A DNA stretch of 60,000 bases. Origin: Lytechinus pictus. Lineage: Eukaryota. The position numbers and the translations under genes are program-made. Numbering within the stretch: position 1 is the stretch's first letter; each line of letters opens with the position of its first letter. Shown piece by piece: positions 25,728 to 36,800 of this stretch. The stretch spans positions 1,738,001 to 1,798,000 of the forward strand of contig NC_087252.1 of NCBI RefSeq assembly GCF_037042905.1, in the 5' to 3' direction. The notes under the pieces are model-generated. The model was not told where the DNA came from. It did not search any database and was given only the letters and a program-made list of their open reading frames with translations.

Positions 25728-26690
25728 CAGGGGCGGATCCAGCTTTCGCCAATGGGGGGGCCGAAAAATATTTTCATCAACATTTTTCTCGATTGGTCGC
25801 TATAATCTGATTTTTTTTTTTTTTTTTTTGGGGGGGGGGGGGGTTCAGGGGGTAGTCCTAACTAGAGACTGAAGTTTTAAGTATGTTAGTTTTTATTGTT
25901 ATAAACAAGATAAGGTATCTCATGTGGTCTTAATATATAATGCGAGCGCGAAGCGCTAGCTCAAATTCTTTGATATTTTATGTCCTTAGACCTGAAGATT
26001 CTGAGGAGATTTTGTAATCATGAAAAAGATAAGTATCCAACTAAACAATGCGAGCGCGAAGCGCGAGCCGAAATTTTATCATAGTAACGTGAAAAGGGAC
26101 TCAATTAGGACTGTTTTTAGTGATTAATGAAGAGGATACAAGTATCACCAATTAAATAATGAGAGTGCGAAGCGCGAGCTCAAAATTTTTGATATTCCGA
26201 CCTGAAAACTGGACAGTCTAAGCGCGTTTTTATTTAAATACAGAAAAAGCTGTGTGTCTCAAACAATTAAATGCGAGCGCGCACCGCGAGCTGAAAATTT
26301 TTATATAAGCAATTTGTGTAAAACAAACAAAACAATTAAAGCTTGATGTGCGAGCTAAAATATTGTGTGCAAATTGATTTCAGATCTGGATATATAAGTG
26401 TCATTTAATCCTCTTGAATGGGATTCATTGGCACAGGCAATGCGAGCGCGAAGCGCGAGCGAAATTTTTTATATAAAGTTCTTTTTCCAATTCTTCCCCT
26501 CACCCTTTTCTTGTTTCCTTTCGGGGTCGGGCCGGCCGTTACGAGATTGTAAATTACACATCCTGGGTATGATACCTATTTCCTACTTTTCTTTAGTGTT
26601 TTTCCTATAGTACACTTTTTCTGCAGGTTGTCAAAAAATAGGGGGGGGGGCCGGGGCCGGCTCGGCCCCCTCCTGGATCCGCGGCGCCTG
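25728..26690. mobile_element. hAT-like non-autonomous element with GCGAGCGCGAAGCGCGAGC motifs
   Basis: caggggcggatcc ... ggatccgcggcgcctg termini; no clean TSD; abuts and truncates the Penelope ORF. Confidence 0.7.
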
Positions 26691-27540
26691 CTTTCACATC
26701 CGCTAACGAATGTCCAGGGAGGCAGAAATGTCTGGCAACAGGAAGGTCGGTACGTTTCTTCTGAATAGATGATTTGTGGTCATTGAAGCGCATTCGGAAT
26801 TTCGTGCTGGTTTCACCAATATAGATTGCATGGGGGCAGCGTGCGCAGAACAAACAGTAAAGCATGTTACTGGCATCGCAGTCATGTCTCTGCGGGTGCA
26901 GAGTAACATTATTTGCAATTTTAATTGTGGTGTCAGTAATGTGTTTACAGATTTGACATCTGGGTTTGTCACAAGGTATGTTACCTCTTGGATGTTCAGG
27001 TGTCGGGAGTCTAGTGATCACAAGCAATTTCCTCAGATTGGGAGGCTGACGCTGAGCATGAAGAGGGTTTTCTCCGACTATTTTCCCTAGCTTGGGATCT
27101 AGAGCCAATGTTGACCATGCCCGCCTTACCTGTTCTACGAATTTCTTGGTATCGGGATGGAAAGTGGTCACTAGAGGGAGTCGTTTTTTCTCATTGACCA
27201 AACGGTCCTTACTAAGTAGATCTTTACGAGATTTCCTCTTTACTCTCCGAATGGTCTCTGAAATCAATTTGGGAGAATACCCTCTCCTTATGAATTGTCT
27301 CCCTAGTATAAGGGCTTCCCTGTCAAATTCATCCTCTTTAGATATGATACGGCGAAAGCGTAGCATCTGACTATAGACAATGGATTGCTTTATGTGTTTT
27401 GGATGGAAAGAATCAAATCTCAAATTATGAGGAGGAATCAGTTGGCTTACGGTATATACACAGATGTATTCAAAGTGTTCATTTCTTGGTCGATAGAAAC
27501 GGATACATCAAGAAAATTGATTTCCTTCTTTATATATCTA
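26691..27540 (-). mobile_element. Penelope-like retroelement ORF fragment (RT thumb + GIY-YIG endonuclease)
   Basis: ORF 26605..27423: SFHPKHIKQSIVYSQMLR, RGY, PCDKPRCQIC, LYCLFCARCPHAIYIGET...RFNDH...PVARHF. Confidence 0.92.
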
Positions 27541-27640
27541 TATATAGGCGTGAAATAATCGAGGCATTGACACTAGACGTAGCTTTCAAGGTATCTCATT
27601 TAATGCTAGCTTTCGGCCAGTAGGGCCTTCATCAGGCCTA
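27541..27640 (-). ncRNA. Penelope pLTR end with minimal hammerhead ribozyme
   Basis: Reverse complement ggc-CTGATGA-aggcc(ctact)ggcc-GAAA-gcta-gc; inverted copy of this pLTR tail at 33173-33245. Confidence 0.75.
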
Positions 27641-29059
27641 TAATGTATTAGTCCAGTCAATATAGGGTTTGACCCACCACTAATTGCAACACAAGATATT
27701 CCACTGCAATGCTTTCAAGGAAGGTTCCCTAAACAACATACTAAAAGTCCCAAGAAATCCAAGCAGTGGAAATTTATGAAATTTGCATATTATGCAAATT
27801 AGCCATAAAAAGTTAGAAAAATTAGGAAAATAGCTCAAAGATTACAAATTGAGTGTCCAAAACAATTCAATTCGAGCGAAAATTCATGATAACTGTATTC
27901 AATGTTTTTTGTCAAAAGTGCAAAAAATCTACCTCATTTGCATGATATGCAAATAAGCATCCTTATATGGAAAAATGTCAAGGTATTGTGATTTTTCTCT
28001 CATTAACTGCTTGAAAATGTCATTAATGCAGACATTTACATGCTGCTATCACTAAGGACGTTGAATACAGTACGACAATACGCCAGACGTTGGCCTGTAC
28101 TTATAGAGAAGAAGAAGAAGAAGAATACATTTGTATTCAGCTCAGTGTCTGTAGTGTAATTTGCATATTATGCAAATAAAAGTATCTAACATGTTATAAA
28201 TATTCAAGAAAACACACTGGTGATACATCCCTCAAAAATTGCAAGTAGATTATCTATTGAAATTGGAATATGGCAATACCTTACAGGAAGGTTTCCTACA
28301 CACCATATCAAAAGTCCTTAAATATTCAAGCATATAGGGAAAAAAAAAATTGCATTTTATGCAAATTAGCCATAATAAATTACAAATATGGAAAATAATC
28401 CAAATATTGGTATTCAAGTGCAGAAAACAATACGAATTGAACTGAAGCCCATGATAAGTTTTACAAATTTATTTATTTTTTTCATTAAAAAATCGTAAAT
28501 AGATCTATCTCTTTTGCATATATATGAGCATCTTTATATGGAAAAAAATCCAGAAATTTTGATTTTTCTCACAAAAACAGTTATGAAAACTTTCAGTCTA
28601 GATCAATATGATGTGATCACTAAGAATGGCAAATACATTAATAATCAGCTTAATATCTGAAGTGTAATTTACATATTATGCAAATAAGCATCCGACATGT
28701 TATAAATATTCAAGGAAACACATACGTGGTACTGTCCTCTAAAATTCCATTTAGATTATGTGTATTAACCATAATTATGACCTTCCCTACACTTCTTGCT
28801 TGGTTGATATTGACTTTTGTCACGAGCAGTTACCCCATTCATATTGTACAATGATGAGTCCATTCTACATGGATCCCACTGCTTGAATGCTTCATTATTT
28901 CCATCCAATTCTTGCTCTCTTCTTGACTTTGTAGAGATTTTGCGTTTCTTGCAAGTATAGTCCACGCTAGCAAGCTCCTTGATTGCCAAGTGATCAGCAC
29001 TAGATGTCACACCCGTACTAATAAAAGCCCATTAGCTTCGAATATTTGGTCCATGTAGC

Positions 29060-29531
29060 ACACCACTTAGCTTATAAACTTGGGGTACCTGTATATAAAG
29101 CGCTTAACGATAAATCTCCATCCTACATATCAGAGCTCTTATCTCAACATAGACCAACACGCAGTCTCAGATCAGCAGATCAAGCATTGCTGAGGAAATC
29201 TCTCAGCCACACAACCTGGAGTGACAGAGTTTTCTACATCTCTGTCTGGACCAAAGCTGTTGAGTAGCCTTCCCCAATTTATCAGGAGAGCAGAAACCCA
29301 ATCAACTTTCGAGTCTTACCTGAAGACCTTTCTGTTCCCCACTCCAACATTATCCCAATAATAACTCAATTGTAGCATTACTAGGACAGTACTTGAACTG
29401 AATGATGATCCTAAGCACTGTTTGAAGACATTGAAATTTGTGAGATATTTCCTATTTTGGAGCAAGCGCCATGAACGCCCAGCTGAGGCGGATACCGGCG
29501 CTTTACAAGAACCCATCATCATCATCATCAC
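29060..29531 (+). mobile_element. L2 LINE 3' fragment
   Basis: YKALNDKSPSYISELLSQHRPTRSLRS; tail aagcgccatgaacgcc...gcgctttacaag(ATC)n. Confidence 0.8.
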
Positions 29532-29689
29532 TTGTCTTGGTGGTGAATATGAGTACTTGCTTGGATCACAAGATCTCTGGGCATGCTTAAGAAGAGTAAC
29601 AATGGGCATTTGCCTATATACGAGCGACATGAAAGCCATTCATAAATTCATGATGAAGGCTTAAAGTGCATTATAGGCATCTTTCTCAG

Positions 29690-30960
29690 ATACAGGAATC
29701 GTGATTAGAAGTTCTTGCTGAATCCATGCAGTTGCTGCTTCAAAAGCATCCATTTTCTGTTCTTTCCTATTTGATAAATCTCCTATGGCAACCATCTCCA
29801 AATATTAAAGCTATAGTTTCTAAGTAAGTCGTATGCAAATAATAATATTAATTTCCTGATATTTATGGTAAACAGAAATTCCTCAGTGAGACAATGAATT
29901 AACCAGATGGAGGACTAAGCCAGATTATTGCCTTTCCAACAAGAGGATACAACATAATGGAACACCCTTAACATCACCATCAAATACCATCCAACATTGA
30001 TTAGACAGTGTGTACCACTTCCAGGATTAATTTGCAACAATTTGTTACTCATGGGTATATTGTGAGGTTATCCAGAGGAGTAAACCTTTTAGTAATTATG
30101 GTACGACTAAGGATGTTCTTCTGGAGGAATGCTGACTTTAATAGTGTCATGCAGATGTACTTTGGACAATCATACAACTCTCTGTACTGAATTCCGACAA
30201 GTCGAGCGTAGGAGACTGAATGCCAATCAAGAGGACTTTAACAAGAACACACCGTTAACCATGTCTTCTTCCGACACAAGTTGCCTCAACGAGACAATGG
30301 ACATAAGTTGTGTCGGAAGATGTCAAGAGTTTTAGAGAAAGGCTAGGAAGGCTTGCACATTTTAGAGCTCCAAAAGCATCAATAAGGTAAAGCTCAGAAT
30401 TGCTACAATGCATTAAAGAGGACCGTATAAGAGGGTATGTAGACAAGCCTATAATACATCATTTGTTGACCGGATTGACAATGATCCAGGCTGTAACAAT
30501 TAGCATGTTGGACGCCCTTAATGTCAATAGCTATGACTACATTGGAATAGCATTATTAAAGGAAGGCAAAGATTTTTAGTCTTAGTATTCACCACTGATC
30601 ATGATGATGATGACGCTGATCTACAAGTCCTGGGACCCAGTCCTGACCCAGATATGGCCAGATAACACATTTTTTAGTCAAGCAGGTGTAGCCAGACTAC
30701 TGAAGAAATTGTTAAAGAAAACAACCTGCATGAAGCTACTAGGCCAGACGGAATCTCTGCTACACTTCTTAATGAGACTACTCATCAGATCTTACCTGCC
30801 ATAATTTTGCTTTTCCTGGCCTCCCTTTATCATGTTTATACGGTGAAATTTCAAGAAAGTCTTATTTTTAAGTCGTTCCCATTCATATAAGAAAGGGTTG
30901 TCAACTCTAACAAACTACACACCAATTCAAATACTGTGCTTTGTTCTTGCCAATCCCATC
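29690..30960 (+). mobile_element. Highly degenerate LINE ORF2 fragment
   Basis: Remnant of the K(A)xGPDGI pre-RT motif at ~30733 (aagctactaggccagacggaatc); no intact ORF. Confidence 0.4.
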
Positions 30961-31297
30961 ATCTTGTCAGACTAACAACGCGGCTTAGGAAGCGAAGAAC
31001 ATATTTCCAGTATTTTTCCTTGAATATAAATCATAATTATTAGGATAGATTTGAATGCGTAGTGATAGCAGCATATTAATTTGAAAAACTGAAATTTTTC
31101 ACTGCAGTCAATGTGATAAAAATAAAAATTTCTTGACATTTTCCTTATAAGGATACTTATTTGCATAATATGCTAATGAGGCAGATTTGCTAGCTTTTCT
31201 TAAATAAAGACATTTAACTTATTTATTCATCATGAACTTTTGTTCAAAATTACTTGCTGTGGATATTTAGTTTGTAATCTTTGGATTAATTTCCTCA

Positions 31298-32495
31298 TTT
31301 TTGTCTCGCCCTGCATAGCAGAGCGAGACTATAGGCGCCGCTTTTCCGACGGCGACGGCGGCGGCGGCGGCGTCAACATCAAATCTTAACCTAAGATTAA
31401 GTTTTTGAAATGACATCATAACTTAGAAAGTATATGGACCTAGTTCATGAAACTTGGACATAAGGTTAATCAAGTATTACTGAACATCATGCCTGAGTTT
31501 CAGGTCACATGACCAAGGTCAAAGGTCATTTAGGGTCAATGAACTTTGACCATGTTGGGAGAATTATTTTCAAAATCTTAACCGAAGGTTAAGTTTTTGA
31601 AATGACATCATAACTTAGAAAGTATATGGACCTAGTTCATGTAACTTGGGCATAAGGTTAATCAAGTATTAGTGAACATCCTGCTCGAGTTTCAGGTCAC
31701 GTGACCAAGGTCAAAGGTCATTTAGGGTCAATGAACTTTGGTCAAGTTGGGGGTATTTGTTGAATTACTATCATAACTTTGAAAATTTATGGATCTAGTT
31801 CATGAAACTTGGACATAAGGTTAATCAAGTATAAGCGAACATCATGTGCGAGTTTCAGGTCACATGACCATGGTCAATGGTCATTTAAGGTCAATGAACT
31901 TTGGCCGTGTTGGGGGTATTTGTTAAATTACCATCCTAACTCTGAAAGTTTACGGATTTAGTTCTTAAAACTTGGACATAAGAGTAATCAAGTATCACTG
32001 AACATCCTGTACGAGTTTCAGGTCACATGACCATGGTCAAAGGTCATTAAAGGTCAATGAACTTTGGCCGTGTTGGGGGTATTTGTTAAATTACCATCCT
32101 AACTCTGAAAGTTTATGGATCTAGTTCATAAAACTTGGGATATAAGAGTAATCAAGTATCACTGAACATCCCCTGTGAGTTTCAGGTCACAAAACCAAGG
32201 TCAAAGGTCAGTTAAGGTCAATAAACTTAGGCCATGTTTGGGTAATTGTTGAATTGCCATCATAACTTTTTAAATAAAGTTTATAGATAGAGTGAATGAA
32301 ATGTGGACATGGATGTAGTTGACAAGTCTTAAGTCACCGTTCAAATGTAATTTATGGTCAATGAACGTGGTATTATGTCATTATATGAATGGTGTTTTTG
32401 TGAATGATTATTTTATAGTAGTTTTCAAAGTTAGCACTGCTGCTATATTAAATCGCGTAATGCAGGCGAGACTGCCAGAGGCGTTCCACTTGTTT
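31298..32495 (+). mobile_element. Helentron-associated (HINE/Tsp-like) element with ~5.5 internal 162-192 bp tandem repeats
   Basis: tttttgtctcgcc...gcgagac subterminal IR, (GGC)n microsatellite, tandem units with AGGTCAAAGGTCA, 3' ggcgagac plus hairpin ending in T run. Confidence 0.78.
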
Positions 32496-33285
32496 ACTTT
32501 TTAAATGGCTAATTTGCATAATATGCAAATTAATTTTCAGGCATTGGGATGAATTATCATGCTTGGTGATATAGTAGCATATTAATACCAACATTAATGA
32601 AATGTTTTCAAACAGTCTATATGGGAAAAATCACAATATCTTGACATTTTTTCCATATAAGGATGCTTATTTGCATAATATGCAAATGAGGTAGAAATTT
32701 TTGCACTTTTCATGAAAAACATTGAATTCAGTTATTTATCATGAATTTCCATTCAAATTAAATTGTTTGGATATTTAATTTGTAATCTTTTGATTATTTC
32801 CCTTCTTTTTCTAATTTTTCATGGCTAATTTGCATAATATGCAAATTTCATAAATTTCCACTGCTTGGATTTCTTGGGACTTTTAGTATGTTGTTAAGGG
32901 GACCTTCCTGGAAAGCATTTCAGTGGAATATCTCGTGTTGCTATTAGTGGTGGGTTACCCCGCTATTCTGGCTAGATTGACTAAACAAACAAAATAGAAC
33001 AAAACCATACAAATAAAATCGTAATAACAACAAAGTAAATAAAGGGTAACAAAGGGTACAGAACAGAAGGAGTACAGTAAGATACTAAAAAAATAACAAA
33101 AGAGGGGGTCATGACTTAAACGAGATGGTTGAGTACAATAGAAACGATTTGGTAACTTAAGTTGTGTAGAAAGAAAGCGAGCATTATATGAGATACCTTG
33201 AAAGCTACGTCTAGCGTCAATGCCTGGATTATTTTACACCTATACATGACGCGCTGCAACACACGTTGTGCAAAGGGCTATCTTC

Positions 33286-33323
<38 letters not shown>

Positions 33324-33549
33324 TAATAGAAATAGTAATATAAATAGTCTGCTTCGGCATATGGAAAATAATCACAAATGGTTCAGTAAATGCCGTAGAA
33401 ATAGAATCGTAGAGCATAGCTCTCAAAAATGAAGTAACACTCTTCGTCAGTGCCCATTATGTGACAAAAAAAAAGGAAATTCAAAATCCGTTCCTGAAAC
33501 AGTCGTAAAAACACGTTTGTTCATGGGCCTACGGATTGAGAAACTCACC

Positions 33550-33590
33550 TTTCAAAGATGCGGTGAAGATGGCGGAAGTGCACTGTAATA
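33550..33590 (-). promoter_or_regulatory. Probable TSS and non-coding first exon of a divergent minus-strand gene
   Basis: Reverse complement cagtgcacttCCGCCATCTTcaccgcatctttgaaag|GTGAGT: ETS/YY1-like initiator motif plus consensus donor. Confidence 0.5.
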
Positions 33591-33701
33591 ATAGAGAGAG
33601 AGATAAGAGAGAGAAAGTGAGCTTCATATTTACATGATTCAAAGATTAGGGGATGAGATTAAGGGAACATTGGCTTAAAATGTTTCCAAATATTATCGCT
33701 A

Positions 33702-33873
33702 ATGTCCTTTTCGAAATGTTTGTTAGCTCTACTTCCAGTCAGTGCCAGTCCACTCTCCGTCTCTGATGGCGCAGTATGGACATCACCTTCTGAAACGTTC
33801 TTGGTTGGGCAGAGTGATGCATCGTTAAAGTGCTCGTTTCAAGGGAATCCCATTGCTGTTTACTGGTCAAAAG
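33702..33873 (+). CDS. Exon 1: signal peptide and N-half of IgV domain
   Basis: MSFSKCLLALLPVSA-SP...DASLKCSFQGNPIAVYWSK G|gtaaat; an alternative acceptor at 33726 would allow an upstream first exon. Confidence 0.75.
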
Positions 33874-36800
33874 GTAAATGATTTTTCATATTCTTAGATT
33901 TTATCCGATAATAATCAACATAAGACTATGCACACACAACCTCCTACTCGAAAAAAGAAAGAAAATGGAATACACTATTGTCCTCACAAGCTGATATCCG
34001 GTTATAGGCGCCATTGAGCGTCAAAATCTCTCTTACACAGCGTAAACTTTGAATATTTGACGTTCCATACGCACTTCATGAAAAGTTGACGCTCCAGAGT
34101 CGAATATGTTTAAATTTATAATCATACTAAAAATAGTTGTCAATCATGAAACACATTTGTATAATCATGATAATAATCTAAGTCATCAAAATAAAAGAAT
34201 CCTATTGTCATGATAGTGCATATTTTAGAGAGATTCAAATAATATCTGCCCTACTGAAACTGAAACATATTCAGGCCTATATAGCTTCAACAGGTACAAC
34301 GACTATATATGAACTCCATGGCAGACAATGATGTTTCAACAGTAGCTTTATTTTTCTCTTCCTGTGATTTTTTTTTCAAAAATCTTTAACTTAAATTATT
34401 TCTGCATAATGCTAAAAATGAACCCTAGGGGTCATAGCAGCACCCCAAGGGTGCTAACCTTCACGGTGGAGTGTGTTCCTTTCGGATCTTTGAAATATTT
34501 CCAAAGAATGGAAATTAGAGAAGTAAAATATAATAATGAAAAATAAATATTGTATAAAATGTAATTTCTTGAAGGTGAGTCGCTACAGACTGCAATGACG
34601 ATTATCACGTGGTACAGAGGGGAGATAGCAACCCAGAATGAAGGATTTGAGTTTGGTCCAGATTTCTCGCTGTTATTTGAGCATCCTGGGATATCAGATA
34701 CCGGGAGATACTACTGCAGGGTGTCTAATCATCAAGGGGTCCTCAGCTCAAACCATGTCGATCTTACAGTGTTAGGTGAGGTACACTGTTAAAACTGTGG
34801 TGTTAAAACTGACACCAGTTTGGTGTTAATAGAGGACCACACCCCGAGGTGTTTAAATTACACCCAAGATATTGAACATAACACCAAAGAGTGTAAATGT
34901 AACAACCAAAGGTGCTGTAATAACACCTATAGGTGTTAAACTAACACTGTCAATTTAACAGCGGTGTAAAATAACTGGTGTGGTCCTCTATGTACACCGA
35001 TTAACACCACATGCAGTTTTTGCTGTGTACATGAACCATGTTTATCTAGAATAAATTAATGGTGCAGTTTCGATAAAAGTGGACTTTTGTTTAACCAAAT
35101 TCCTTTCTGGGGGGTGTTTCATGAAAGGACTTGTCGGACGTTTTATCCGACAAGTCCCATTTTATCCGACAGTTACCATAGTAACAGTACCTCTCTGCCA
35201 ATCAACATCAGATAAAGATGTCAGATCTGACAACTTGTCGGATGAAAATGTTGATGAAACACTCCCCAGATGCCGCCATCCGTTAAAGTCTCACGATGGT
35301 GGATCTCCTGCCTTCCAGACTGCAAATTATTTTCAACAAAAATTATGACTCATTGTAGGTCTGCATTTCATTTCAGATTTATTTCAGAAACATTAAAGTG
35401 TTGTAAAGTTATTATTTTATCAGCGTTTTATACAATTATGTTAAATGCCATGTTTGATCATCTCGTTAAGGGGGGGGGGGGCTATACATAGTTTAGTGGG
35501 ACGCAGGTAAAAACGAAATCAATCAAACAAACTAACTAGCTCGTATATGGAATAATAATAATTGTTACGGAATGACTTGCACTTATCCAATACTGTTACC
35601 TTTGTTGCTTCTTAAGTTCAAGAATTTGATGAGGTTCAAGTGACCCAGTGTGAAGGAGATCCGTTTGATCAGGATTCACCATGTATCGTCAAAGTCCACC
35701 CAGACCAGGACATCCTGGAACTTGATTGCATCGTAGAGGGCGCCCGCCAACCTGTTCTTCTCACCTGGCATAATGCGGGTGCACTACACATTCCACTGAA
35801 CACCACATCTTCCAGCGAGAAAATACTGGAAGATGGAACATATCTAAAGAAGATATCTTTGAGACTGCACACCGAAGAGATGGGATCGGAGCGAAAACAG
35901 TTGATCTGCTTGGCTCAAGGTCCCAACGCTACTGAAACCGTAAACGTCACTATTCAATTTGAACCAGAAATATCCGAAGAAGGTATGTTAAAAAGATTCA
36001 TGATGATTTTTCTCTACTGTCTGAAAAAGCAAAATGATGAAATACTTGCAGATTCGAAATTAGTTAGAAGATCATTGTCTTATATCCATGCTCATTTCAT
36101 CTGGGCCATAACCAAAGTTTTGTCCCAGGGACACCGTAAAATTTTCTCCCCGTGTAAATCAGTTCAGTCAACTCCGTTTCTCATATTTATTACTTATTGT
36201 TAATTGATAATAACGAAATAATAAAAAGCAAAACAAAACATGGATACTTTCTCTGTTGATGGGCCAGACAAAATAGATATTGGTTGAATTATTGGAATTA
36301 GATAAAGTACATGTATACGGCAACGTAAATTTGATGGAATAAAGTATACTTTTAGTTAAAAACCCTTTTAAACACAGGGTGATTTCAACTGTTTACTTTT
36401 CGTTAAATATAAGCTCCTTTTATAATCTACGATATCATTTCTACGGCACTTATTTAACCATTTATGATTATTTTATTCCATATGCCGAAGCAGACTATTT
36501 CTATTATATATGTATATATATATATATATATATATACATATATAATATCTGATGCATATTTTTGTTCTTGTTTTGCCCCACTCATCCTCATTGCCCAGGG
36601 GCGTATCTGATCCATGCTCCGGATGGGGGCGGGGTGGCAAAGTGAAGAAAATATAAAAAATCACCCCACCCCCATCTAGAGCATCAATTACGCCCATGGG
36701 CAATGAGGATGAGTGGGGACAAAAAAAAAATGTATTACGATTTATTATGAAATCAGAATGAAATTACAAACGTTGCATGAACTATATATATATACATGTA

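Larger units (their letters stand above)
27649..32983. mobile_element. 5.3-kb non-autonomous long-TIR element (Academ-like) inserted in the Penelope pLTR
   Basis: ~400-bp inverted arms (27670-28040 vs 32590-32960) rich in ATTTGCATA/TATGCAAAT; TAG...CTA-like ends. Confidence 0.72.
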
